Shown: positions 28,801 through 36,537 of the stretch, in pieces | Layout of the letters: each line of letters begins with the position of its first letter | How positions within the stretch are numbered: the first letter of the stretch is position 1 | From: Acidobacteriota bacterium | GTDB taxonomy: Bacteria; Acidobacteriota; Aminicenantia; Aminicenantales; Saccharicenantaceae | NCBI GenBank assembly: GCA_014894455.1 | Contig: JADBLN010000094.1 | Span: 38 to 64,037, forward strand | DNA: 64,000 nt | Reading direction: 5' to 3' | Translations under genes and position numbers: made by a program | Notes under the pieces: model-generated | Database searches by the model: none | What the model was told of the DNA's origin: nothing | What the model saw: only the letters and a program-made list of their open reading frames with translations

Positions 28801-28999
28801 GGGGCCGGGTGAGGACGTTCTCGATGTCCGCGGACGAGGCGCCCGGGTAGGTCGTGATGACGGACACGGTCGGGAACTCCAGGTCGGGGAAGAAATCGAG
28901 CCCCAGCCGGGTGAACGAAATGGCGCCCAGGACGACCAGGATCATGGCCATCATGGACGTCGTGACTTTGTTTTTTACGGCAAATTCCGGGAGCTTCAT
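25898..28999 (-). CDS. RND efflux permease (AcrB family)
   Basis: 1033 aa starting MKLPEFAVKNKVTTSMMAMILVVLG, with GGLALGIGMLVDNSIVVIENV and LLLGIAVNNGIVMIDY motifs. Its start overlaps the MFP stop as ATGA. Confidence 0.93.
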   Translation of the reverse strand: MKLPEFAVKNKVTTSMMAMILVVLGAISFTRLGLDFFPDLEFPTVSVITTYPGASSADIENVLTRPLEQVVSSVNRVKKVTSQTSEGVSVISIEFEWGTNLDFAAQDVRDQIGLSAQYLPEEANDPIVLKFSFSQFPVIFYGITGDIPAMKLKTIIEDEVASRLERIDGVASARVFSMDVREIQVNVDKSSLESRGLTLDQVLMALRAENLNLPAGNVIARHSDILVRTMGEFTGLDDIRRTVVGASAKGEPVYVSDIAEVKDTLKEMRYVSRIQQQNGVYLIVSKRSGANTQIAGAAVKKEIASLKGTLPGNPVFHVVMDQSDMIEQVTSNTVTNAWQGGLLAILLIFLFLRNWRPTFVISLAIPLSIITTFIALYAAGYTLNLLTLGGLALGIGMLVDNSIVVIENVYRHLEEGEGPDMASIKGTSEVGMAITASTLTTIAVFFPMVFASGITGKMTQALGLSITFSLIASLFVALTVVPLSTSLLFRSKKSLKSIAKAPEERQFARAKALYRKWLDKALHRRRWVLGGALLALLASLAIVPFLGTEFMPAQDQDMIMLKVRMPVGTALEETDRVVGMVEAIMSAKPEITMISAQVGSQSEQDASDAASTFSNAGTHEGLLWVGLAKRDKRKFSDKEILEQIRGQLPNLRGVKFESVDMSQMLLGGSSTPVEIKLFGKDLPALKSQADQIVQLISGIEGIRDVTHTLAAGKPEVQIHIDRERAYRLGLSVYQVANTVQTATLGKVATRYREGSDEIDVRLRFKEQYRDSLDEVRSIPLRTSANQTVYLEQVADITTGEGPIMINRENQARRVSVTANISGRDLGTVVKDVKARLAGFEKSLPPGYFLEYGGAYEQMQDAFLILAGAFALAVLLVYMVMASQFEHFVHPFIIMFTVPLGIIGVILGLLVTGRSINLAVAIGVILLLGIAVNNGIVMIDYINQLIKRGVDKREAILQGSTTRLRAVLLTALTTILGTLPMAFSRSSGSEFRAPMGVAIAFGLTTTTFLTLFVIPVLYSVVNKIRFKERKTAAA

Positions 29000-30123
29000 T
29001 TTTTCACCCCTTCGAGGACCTGGACGGCGGCTCCTTCCTCGAGCCCGAAGTTGCCCTCGACGACGACCAGGGCGCCCTCGGCGAGGCCGTCGAGAACTTC
29101 GACCATGGTCGTGTTCTGGAGGCCCAGGGCGACATTCTTCTTCACGGCTTTTCCAGTCTCGACGATGAAGACATACGTGTTCTCGAGGATCGCTTTCTGC
29201 GGGACAACCAGGGCGTTCTCATGGGACTGGACCTCGAAGACGAGGTCGCCGAATGTGCCCGGCCTCAAGGCCCCGTCAGGGTTGTCGAACACGACCTCGA
29301 CGCCGAATTTCTTGCTCAACGGGTCGGCGGTAAGATTGACGACGCGGACGACGCCGCGGAATTCGCGGCCGGGGAAGGAGCCGACCCGGAGGACGGCCTC
29401 CTGGCCCTTTTGAATCCGGCCGATGTCCTGGGGCGAGACGTCCACGGCGACTTTGATCCGGGAATAGTCCATCATGGTCAGCACACCGCCGGCCCCGCCG
29501 CCGAATCCCCCCATCATGGGGTTGATGACGTCCCCGACCTCAGCGTTCTTCGAGGCGATGACGCCGGAAAAGGGCGCCTTCATGATGGAGACGTCGAGGG
29601 CGTGGCGAGCCAGGTTGAGGCCGGCCCGGGCCTGTTCGAGCTGGGCCGCCGCCGCGTCATAAGCAAGCTGGATCTTCTCGTGCTGCATTTCTGAAACGGC
29701 GTTTTCCTTGATCAGGCGGTCCATGCGCTCCTTGTTGCGCAGGGCATCGGCGTGGCTGGCTTCAGCCACGGCGACCCCGGCTTCAGCCTGTTTGAGCTGG
29801 AGGCGGATGGACTCGGTCTCGAGTTCGGCCAGGAGCTGGCCCTGGGCCACGCGATCGCCTTCCTGGACGTGGATGCGGGCGATCTTGCCGCCGACCTCCG
29901 GGGTGATGTTGATCTTCGTCCAGGCTTCGAGCGTCCCGGTGTAAGTGATCTTCTCCGTGATCCTCTCCCGCCGGACCTTGAAGACCTTGACCGGCGTCGC
30001 CCCGAAGGTCTCGGCCTGGGCGACCGTCTGTTTTTCCGTCTTGCTGCACGACACGGCGGCGACGAACGCGGCCGCGGCGATGATACCGACGATGAGTTTC
30101 CGATGGGTATTCGATTTATTCAT
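28996..30123 (-). CDS. RND efflux periplasmic adaptor (MFP)
   Basis: 375 aa with the lipobox AAVSCS, a lipoyl hairpin (GGKIARIHVQEGDRVAQGQLLAELE ... MKAPFSGVIASKN) and a coiled-coil. Confidence 0.9.
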   Translation of the reverse strand: MNKSNTHRKLIVGIIAAAAFVAAVSCSKTEKQTVAQAETFGATPVKVFKVRRERITEKITYTGTLEAWTKINITPEVGGKIARIHVQEGDRVAQGQLLAELETESIRLQLKQAEAGVAVAEASHADALRNKERMDRLIKENAVSEMQHEKIQLAYDAAAAQLEQARAGLNLARHALDVSIMKAPFSGVIASKNAEVGDVINPMMGGFGGGAGGVLTMMDYSRIKVAVDVSPQDIGRIQKGQEAVLRVGSFPGREFRGVVRVVNLTADPLSKKFGVEVVFDNPDGALRPGTFGDLVFEVQSHENALVVPQKAILENTYVFIVETGKAVKKNVALGLQNTTMVEVLDGLAEGALVVVEGNFGLEEGAAVQVLEGVKK

Positions 30124-30134
30124 GGGTTCCTCCG

Positions 30135-31487
30135 TTAATTCGAACGGCTCTCCGACCGGTTCCTGCCGACCGCCTTTTCGAGCTGGGCTTGGGAGATGAC
30201 GCAGTCATAGAGCGCTTGGGAATAATTGGTCCGGGCCTGGCTCAAGGCCACCTGGGCCGTCGAAACGTCCAGGTTGGTGGCCAGCCCTTCCGCGTAGTTC
30301 AATTCGGCGATGCGGACGGCCTCGCGGGCCTGCTCCACGTTCTTTTCCTGGGAGAACAGGGTTTCGCGGGCCTGGCTGTAGTTCAGGACGGCCTGCCGGA
30401 CCTCGAAGGCGATCATGTCCGAGAGCCCCTTGCGGGTCCACTCGAGCTCGCGGATCATGGCCTTGGACTGGCCGATCCGGGCCCGCGATTCGAACCCGTT
30501 GAAGAGGGGCACGGTGAGCGAGAGGTTGATCGCGTAAAAATTCTGCCACGTGCCTTTCCGGAAATTCAGCCCGTCGGCCCAGAAACTGTAGGCGCCTCCG
30601 ACGGCCAGCGTCGGCAGAGCGGAGCCGCGGGCGATCTTCAGCATTTCCCCGGCCATCCGGCGCTGGTAATCGATCTGACGGAGTTCGGGCCTCTGGCCGA
30701 GGGCCTGCTCGATCGCGCCGCCGGTCTCGGTATCGAGGGGCGGGGCCGCCAGCTCCCCCTTGACCGCGAGGAGCACGTCGAGGTCGAGGCCCACGACGGT
30801 TTTGAGCCCGAGCTCGGCCACGTCGACGCTGTTCCTGGCCCTGATCGCCTGGGGCTTGAGGTTGGCCACCTGGACCTCAGACCGGAGAAGATCGAACCTC
30901 GAGGCCATCCCGACCTCATAGAGATTCTTGACGTTCACCCGAAATTTCTCGGCCAGGTCCAAGGCTTCCTGGGCCGCGGCGGAGAACTCCCGGGCCAGGA
31001 GGTATCCATAGAACGACCTTTTCACGTTGAAGATCGTTTCCTGTTCGGATAGGCGGACCGTCTCCCGGCTGGCCTGAAGGTTGTAATTGGCCTGTTTGTA
31101 GCCGGCTACGAGGCGGCCGCCGGCGAACAGGGGCAGCGAAAATGCGAGGGACATCTGGTAGTTCTTGGTGAAGTCGATGGAGATCCGCTGGGGCGGCTCG
31201 CCGGGGATGAAGGACGGGAATTCCAGGACGAAGAGCTTTTCGTCCAGGGTGTCCTGACCCTGGGCGTTCAGCGTCGGCAGGAACCTCGACACGGACTCCC
31301 GGACGAGAAAGCGCGCCTGCGATTCTTTCTCCTGGGTGGCCATGAAAAAGGGGTTCTGCCGGAGGGCCATGGCGATGGCTTCGTCCAGGGTCAGGGTCAG
31401 GACAGGCTTGGCCTCCTGGGCCGCGAACAGGACAGGCCCGGCGATGGCGATCCACAGTCCGAACAGCAAAACGGCTGTCTTCTTCAT
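30135..31487 (-). CDS. TolC-family outer membrane efflux protein
   Basis: 450 aa with a signal peptide (LLFGLWIAIAGPVLFA) and duplicated TolC repeats (LTLDEAIAMALRQNP; AIEQALGQRPEL). Confidence 0.9.
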   Translation of the reverse strand: MKKTAVLLFGLWIAIAGPVLFAAQEAKPVLTLTLDEAIAMALRQNPFFMATQEKESQARFLVRESVSRFLPTLNAQGQDTLDEKLFVLEFPSFIPGEPPQRISIDFTKNYQMSLAFSLPLFAGGRLVAGYKQANYNLQASRETVRLSEQETIFNVKRSFYGYLLAREFSAAAQEALDLAEKFRVNVKNLYEVGMASRFDLLRSEVQVANLKPQAIRARNSVDVAELGLKTVVGLDLDVLLAVKGELAAPPLDTETGGAIEQALGQRPELRQIDYQRRMAGEMLKIARGSALPTLAVGGAYSFWADGLNFRKGTWQNFYAINLSLTVPLFNGFESRARIGQSKAMIRELEWTRKGLSDMIAFEVRQAVLNYSQARETLFSQEKNVEQAREAVRIAELNYAEGLATNLDVSTAQVALSQARTNYSQALYDCVISQAQLEKAVGRNRSESRSN

Positions 31488-31488
31488 G

Positions 31489-32181
31489 TCATATCTCCTT
31501 CAGGGGTCGTTCTGGGTTCCTGATCCCTTCGAGGATGAAGCGGGTCAGGTGGTCAGCGGCGCCGGTTTTGATGGCCGCCTCACCCAGCCAAAACCGGTTG
31601 TGGGCGTACCCTTGGAGGACGGCCTCGATGAAAGCCACGGCGCTTCCGCTGTCTATTCGCCGGAACTCGCCCGCTGCGATCCCTTCTTCGATGAGCCTGA
31701 TGCCCATCTCCGTGAATTCGCGGCTTTTCTGCTGCAGCAGGCCGAGCATCTTCCGGTCGGCCGCCGTCGTCGAACCGGCTTTTCCCGGCGAGGCGGAGAA
31801 AACATGCACCAACTTCAGCATGGCGTTGTCCATCCAGAGGACCCTTGTGATGTTCTCTTTGTCCTCTTGGTAAAGGAGGATCATGCGGATGGACAGCCGG
31901 AGCTTCTCGCCGGCCGTTCCGGGCCCGGCCAAAATCTCGGCCATACGGTTCCGGACATCATCGAAATAGTGGCCCATGATCTCGAACAGGAGGATCCCCT
32001 TGCCCGGAACGTACTTGTAGAGGGTCGCCTTCGAGAACTGGGCCTCCCGAGCGACATCGTCCATGGTCGTCGCGTTGTAGCCCTTGCGGAGAATGACGCG
32101 CTCGGCGGCGTGGAGGATGGTTTCCCGGTATCCCTCGCGCCGCCGCAGTTCCCGTTCACGGCGAATTTCACTCGTTCTCAT
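31489..32181 (-). CDS. TetR/AcrR family transcriptional regulator
   Basis: 230 aa with the N-terminal TetR HTH ILHAAERVILRKGYNATTMDDVAREAQFSKATLYKYVPGK. It is the first gene of the tetR-tolC-mfp-rnd operon (1-nt gap to the next gene). Confidence 0.9.
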   Translation of the reverse strand: MRTSEIRRERELRRREGYRETILHAAERVILRKGYNATTMDDVAREAQFSKATLYKYVPGKGILLFEIMGHYFDDVRNRMAEILAGPGTAGEKLRLSIRMILLYQEDKENITRVLWMDNAMLKLVHVFSASPGKAGSTTAADRKMLGLLQQKSREFTEMGIRLIEEGIAAGEFRRIDSGSAVAFIEAVLQGYAHNRFWLGEAAIKTGAADHLTRFILEGIRNPERPLKEI

Positions 32182-32222
32182 CGATTTGAACCTTTCAGTT
32201 TATTGAGTGAACGCTTGAGTTT

Positions 32223-32251
32223 ATTATCTGAACTGATAATTCCGTATACAA
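32223..32251 (-). promoter_or_regulatory. tetR-operon promoter TTGTAT-N17-GATAAT with overlapping palindrome TTATC-N6-GATAA
   Basis: On the minus strand, TTGTAT is at 32251-32246 and GATAAT at 32228-32223. The imperfect palindrome ttatctgaactgataa (32224-32239) spans the -10 box and spacer. AGTTTATT occurs twice just downstream. Confidence 0.45.
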
Positions 32252-32269
32252 TACGCCTCCGGCCGCGGG

Positions 32270-32298
32270 TTGTCAAGCCCGCGGAACCCTTATATAAT
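32270..32298 (+). promoter_or_regulatory. promoter TTGTCA-N17-TATAAT
   Basis: TTGTCA at 32270-32275 and TATAAT at 32293-32298, 11 nt before the GTG at 32310. No SD is visible. Confidence 0.5.
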
Positions 32299-32309
32299 GA
32301 GGCTATCCC

Positions 32310-33116
32310 GTGAAGATACGTCGAAGCATGAAAAAAGGGTTCGCCCGGAGCGTTCTCGGCTCCCTTTTAGGGGCCCTCCTCGTGCTCGCCCTGGCGGCGG
32401 CCCTCTCCTTTTCCCGGCCGACTCCCGGCCCGTCGTGGTGGGAGGTCAGCTTGTCCGTGACCGTGAAGGGCAGCTACGTCATCGAGGGCGCCGAGGCGCC
32501 GCTTCGCGGTGAGTTCACCTGCCGCGCCCGGTGGGCGGGGACCCTCGAGCTGGACGGGAACGACTTCCTTCTCTATCACCTCAAAACGGAAGTCCTGGAG
32601 TGGCGGCTTGCGGAAAAATCCGGCCTGCCGAGGGGAGAGAGCCTGCTCCTGGCTCAAGAGATTTCCGAAGCACCACGCCTCCGTCTGAATTATGTCTTGC
32701 GGGAGGGTTCGGACCTCAGGCTCGACTACGAGTTCAGGGAGGTCTCCGTCCCCCTCCACGCCTCTCCGGTGAAAGCGAACCTCGAATTTCCCCGTTCGTC
32801 AGGACACGCCGCTCTTTTGCCGGGCTCGGGCTACAGGAGCTGTATCAGCCGCGGCTCGAACCAGGTCGTCATCCCCGGATCGGACCTCGAGCGCCGCGCC
32901 GCCGAACGGACGTTCTCCTGGGAATGGCGGCACGAGAAGCGCATCGCCGTGGATTCTGGGACCTTCCTTGTGACCCAACACCACACAGCCGAGGCCGTCG
33001 TCGTCCTCATCGCCCACGACGGCCGGGTCCCCGGGCTTTGCAGTCCTCATGCGCGAAGCGATGAGGGCGGGCTTGCCCAGGGCGAGTGGCGAGCAGAAGG
33101 CTCGTCCCTTGACTGA
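32310..33116 (+). CDS. hypothetical secreted protein
   Basis: 268-aa ORF (GTG at 32310, alternative ATG at 32328) with the signal/TM segment SVLGSLLGALLVLALAAAL. I recognise no family. It is divergent from the tetR operon. Confidence 0.55.
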   Translation: MKIRRSMKKGFARSVLGSLLGALLVLALAAALSFSRPTPGPSWWEVSLSVTVKGSYVIEGAEAPLRGEFTCRARWAGTLELDGNDFLLYHLKTEVLEWRLAEKSGLPRGESLLLAQEISEAPRLRLNYVLREGSDLRLDYEFREVSVPLHASPVKANLEFPRSSGHAALLPGSGYRSCISRGSNQVVIPGSDLERRAAERTFSWEWRHEKRIAVDSGTFLVTQHHTAEAVVVLIAHDGRVPGLCSPHARSDEGGLAQGEWRAEGSSLD

Positions 33117-33126
33117 GCCCGGGCCG

Positions 33127-34029
33127 TCAGGCGCGGGGGTGGAACTGGTCGTAGGCGCGGCGGAGCCGTTCCCTGCTGACATGGGTGTAGATCTGGGTCG
33201 TCGTGATCTGACTGTGGCCGAGCATGAGCTGGACCGACCTCAGGTCCGCCCCCCGTTCGAGCATGTGCGTCGCGAAGGAATGGCGGAGGATATGGGGGCT
33301 GATCTTGGCGGCGAGGCCGGCCTTGCGGGCGTGCTGGCGGATGAGCTTCCACAGGCCCTGGCGGGTGAAGGGCTTGCCCCGCCGTGACAGGAAGAGCTCG
33401 TCACGCTCCCCCGAAACGACGAGCGGCCGGACCTCGGCCAGGTACCGCCCGACGGCGCCGCAGGCCGAGCGGCCGAGCGGAACGATCCTCTCCTTGCCCC
33501 CCTTGCCGCGGCAGATGAGGAACCCGTCCTCGAGGTTGACCTCCGCGAGCTTCAGAGAGGCGAGCTCGGAAACGCGCAGCCCGGAACCGTAGAGGACCTC
33601 GAGCATGGCCCTGTCCCTCACGCCCCGGGGTTTCTTGTCGTCGGGAGCCCGCAGCAGTTCCTCGACTTCCTTGACCGTCAGGAACTTGGGCAAAGAACGC
33701 CAGGTCGAGGGCGTGGTCAGCTGGGACGAAGGGTCCTTATTGACGAAGCCGCTCAGGACGAGGAACTTAAAAAAGGAGCGGAGGGCGGAGATGAGCCGGG
33801 CCAGGGACCTGGCCGAAAGGCCGGCCTTGCTTTCCCTGTGGATGAACCGGACGATGGTCTCCTCGGACACGCGGTTCCACACGAGCTTGCCGGTCTTGAC
33901 GAAACCCAGGAACTTGCGGATGTCGCGGGTATAGGACAGGATCGTGTTCCGGGCCAAGCCCTTCTCGACGGCCAGGTACTCGAGGAAAAGGCGAAGGGCG
34001 TCCTCGGGGGAGGAGGAGGCGGGTTTCAT
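33127..34029 (-). CDS. xerD: tyrosine recombinase XerD/XerC
   Basis: The ATG at 34029 overlaps the upstream stop as ATGA. 300 aa, with an N-terminal SAM-like domain (FLEYLAVEKGLARNTILSYTRDI) and catalytic R..HxxR..Y (HILRHSFATHMLERGADLRSVQLMLGHSQITTTQIYTHV). Confidence 0.88.
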   Translation of the reverse strand: MKPASSSPEDALRLFLEYLAVEKGLARNTILSYTRDIRKFLGFVKTGKLVWNRVSEETIVRFIHRESKAGLSARSLARLISALRSFFKFLVLSGFVNKDPSSQLTTPSTWRSLPKFLTVKEVEELLRAPDDKKPRGVRDRAMLEVLYGSGLRVSELASLKLAEVNLEDGFLICRGKGGKERIVPLGRSACGAVGRYLAEVRPLVVSGERDELFLSRRGKPFTRQGLWKLIRQHARKAGLAAKISPHILRHSFATHMLERGADLRSVQLMLGHSQITTTQIYTHVSRERLRRAYDQFHPRA

Positions 34030-34646
34030 GTCAGGAAGGGGTTGGAGTTTCTCTCCTGCTCGATCGTCGTCCACGGCCCATGGCCGGGCAGGACGATCGT
34101 TTCCTCGGGAAGCGTGAGGATCCTCTCGCGGATCGACCGTTCGAGGTCCTTCCAGGAGCCGCCGGGGAGGTCGGTCCGGCCGACGCCGCCGCAGAAGAGC
34201 GTGTCCCCGGAGAAAAGGACGCCGGCGGCGACGAAGCCGACGCTGCCAGGCGTGTGCCCGGGGATGTGCAAGACCCGGAGCGACGTCCGGCCGATGACGA
34301 TCTCGTCCCCTTCGGCGAGGAGGCGGTCCGGCGGGGGCGAATTCCTGGCCCCAAGGAGCAGGCTCAGCTCGATGTAGTCGGAAACTTGAAGCATCCCGGT
34401 GTCGGCGGGGTGCATGGCGAGGGGGACGGCGTATTTCCGGACGATCTCGCTATTGGCCCCGATGTGGTCGACGTGGCCGTGGGTGTTGAGGACGATCACC
34501 GGTTTGAGCTCCAGGTCGGCGACGGACAAGATGATCTTCTCGTGGTCCGCGCCGGGGTCGATAATGGCGCAGGCCCGCGTCTCCTCGCAGTAGACGAGAT
34601 AGCAGTTGGTTTCGAGGGCGCCGACGATGACCAGCTCGTACTTCAT
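34026..34646 (-). CDS. MBL-fold metallo-hydrolase (glyoxalase II-like)
   Basis: Starts MKYELVIVGALETNCYLV with the HxHxDH motif (NTHGHVDHIGAN). The ATG at 34646 has an upstream GGAG; the ORF maximum extends to 34664. Confidence 0.88.
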   Translation of the reverse strand: MKYELVIVGALETNCYLVYCEETRACAIIDPGADHEKIILSVADLELKPVIVLNTHGHVDHIGANSEIVRKYAVPLAMHPADTGMLQVSDYIELSLLLGARNSPPPDRLLAEGDEIVIGRTSLRVLHIPGHTPGSVGFVAAGVLFSGDTLFCGGVGRTDLPGGSWKDLERSIRERILTLPEETIVLPGHGPWTTIEQERNSNPFLT

Positions 34647-34720
34647 TCCCAATCTCCGCCACATATTAATTCGAAAGCTCGGGGATAGTCAAGAAACCCG
34701 AGCCCGGGTATAATTGGGGC

Positions 34721-35128
34721 GTGGACGTGTTCATCACCCCGGAAGCCAGGCGGGAAATCGAGGCCCTGAGGGTCGCCCGGCCCACAGCTGCGACCTGGGG
34801 ATTCCTCGTCGGGCACAAGCGGGGATTCCGGTTCATCGTCGAGAAGGTCTTTCCGGCAGGGAGCGGACGGACCCTGCCGGACGAGCGGGTGCTCGCCGGA
34901 CTTGACAGGATCTGGCCGGGAGGGGTCATCGGTCTCTTCGCCGTTCGCCTCAGCGCCCCGGTCAAGAAAGCCGTCTTAGGACCGATGTTCTACGGTAAGC
35001 TTGTCCTCGAACTCGGCTCGACCGCCCGGAAGCAGTCGGTCCGCTCGTTTGTCGTCGAGTTCAAGCGTAAGTTCTTCCTTTCGCCGGTCCCCCTCGTGCC
35101 GGCCGTAAAAGCGAAGGCCCATGAGTAA
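34721..35128 (+). CDS. hypothetical protein (degenerate MPN/JAB-like?)
   Basis: 135-aa ORF with a GTG start that overlaps the AMMECR1 gene by 8 nt. There is no HxH metal motif. The fold guess is weak. Confidence 0.5.
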   Translation: MDVFITPEARREIEALRVARPTAATWGFLVGHKRGFRFIVEKVFPAGSGRTLPDERVLAGLDRIWPGGVIGLFAVRLSAPVKKAVLGPMFYGKLVLELGSTARKQSVRSFVVEFKRKFFLSPVPLVPAVKAKAHE

Positions 35129-35666
35129 ACCCCTGACACCCGAAGAGGAACGCGCCTGTCTCCAGCTGGCCCGCCAGGCCCTCGCGCATAACTTCGAGAC
35201 GGGGAGCGAGCTCCGGACGCCCGTCAAGGCCGGCACGCTCAAAGAAAAAAGAGGGGCGTTCGTCACGCTGACCGTCGACGGCGACTTGCGTGGCTGTATC
35301 GGCTATCCGCTTCCCGTCAAACCGCTCGACGAGACCATCATCGAAATGGCCGTCGCCGCGGCCAGCCAGGACACCCGGTTCAAGCCGCTGGCCTCCAACG
35401 AACTGATTCGGCTGAAGATAGAAATCTCCGTCCTCGGCCTACCCGAGCCCGTCTCCTCCCCGATGGAGGTCGATGTCGGCCGTCACGGCATCATCGTTTC
35501 CAAGGGTTTCAACCGGGGCCTGCTCCTCCCTCAGGTCCCGGTCGAACACGGCTGGGACAGGGAGACCTACCTCCGACACGGTTGTCTGAAGGCAGGTCTC
35601 GGCCCCGATGAGTGGAAGAAGGGGGCGAAGATCGAGGTCTTCACCGCCCAGGTCTTTTCCGAATAA
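35121..35666 (+). CDS. AMMECR1 domain protein (AmmeMemoRadiSam system protein A-like)
   Basis: 181 aa with GAFVTLTVDGDLRGCIGYPLP, SQDTRFKPL and HGIIVSKGFNRGLLLPQV, which are AMMECR1 signatures. Confidence 0.88.
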   Translation: MSKPLTPEEERACLQLARQALAHNFETGSELRTPVKAGTLKEKRGAFVTLTVDGDLRGCIGYPLPVKPLDETIIEMAVAAASQDTRFKPLASNELIRLKIEISVLGLPEPVSSPMEVDVGRHGIIVSKGFNRGLLLPQVPVEHGWDRETYLRHGCLKAGLGPDEWKKGAKIEVFTAQVFSE

Positions 35667-35683
35667 GGGGCCGCTCTCTCGCG

Positions 35684-36466
35684 CTATTTCTTCTTGGCTT
35701 TGAGCTTCTCGAGCTCGGCCTGGGCCTCGACCTTCAGGACGTCGTCTTTCGACGTCGTCTTGGGCAGGTCGATGCATTTCTGGAAGGCCTCGGCCGCCTC
35801 GCCAAATTTCTTCAGGGCGACCAGCGTCCGCCCCAGCTCCAGGTAGTGGTTGGCGTACTCGGGGTGGAGCTCGATCGCCTTCCTGAGATTCTTCTCCGAC
35901 TCCGCGTAGGAGCCCTTCGGGATGGAGCCGTAAACGATGCTCCCGAAGAAACGTTTGGCTCCGCCGATCTCGTCCATCCGCCTATGCCAGCGGCCGAGGG
36001 CGTGGTAGGCGAGGTGGTTGGTCGAGTCGAGCTCGATGGCCTTGTCGATCTCCGCGCGGACGGCCTTGGAAGCGTCAATCTGCTCCTTCTTCCCGAGGAG
36101 GAGGAGCCGCTTGCCGTTGGCGGCCGCGAGCTGGAAATGCCCCCAGGTGTCGTTGGGGTTGGCGGCGACCGCCTTCTTGGCGAGCGCGGTGGCCTCCGTG
36201 TACATCTTCATCTGACGGTCCTTGATGTCCTTGTCGGTCGCCGGGATGACGTCGGCGATATCGACCATGGCCCGCGAGGTCTTCCAGAAGGCCTCATAGT
36301 TCGCGGGTTCGAGCTTCAAGGCCTCGGAATAATGTTCGAGGGCCTTCTGGTCGTCGAATTGGGCGTAGGCCTGGTCGCCGGCCTGGATGTGCTCCGCGGC
36401 CGTCTGGGCAAAGCCCAGCCCGGCCAGGCCCGCCACCAGGGCGAAGAGGATGATGCTTTTCTTCAT
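35684..36466 (-). CDS. secreted TPR-repeat protein
   Basis: Only the last 260 codons of the 770-aa ORF look genuine. The ATG at 36466 follows GGAGGG and gives the signal peptide MKKSIILFALVAGLAGLGFAQ. TPR-like helices follow (ALEHYSEALKLEPANYEAFW). Confidence 0.8.
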   Translation of the reverse strand: MKKSIILFALVAGLAGLGFAQTAAEHIQAGDQAYAQFDDQKALEHYSEALKLEPANYEAFWKTSRAMVDIADVIPATDKDIKDRQMKMYTEATALAKKAVAANPNDTWGHFQLAAANGKRLLLLGKKEQIDASKAVRAEIDKAIELDSTNHLAYHALGRWHRRMDEIGGAKRFFGSIVYGSIPKGSYAESEKNLRKAIELHPEYANHYLELGRTLVALKKFGEAAEAFQKCIDLPKTTSKDDVLKVEAQAELEKLKAKKK

Positions 36467-36537
36467 TTTTCCCTCCATACCCCTTAACCTTTTATCCATT
36501 TCCGCGAAAAAGTCAAGACGAAACTCCCCTTTCCAGG

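Noticed and set aside
33127-34029. The tyrosine recombinase as a marker of a mobile element.
   Set aside because: It has XerD/XerC-type motifs, normal GC, translational coupling (ATGA) to an MBL hydrolase, and no flanking phage or IS genes. It is most likely the housekeeping dimer-resolution recombinase.
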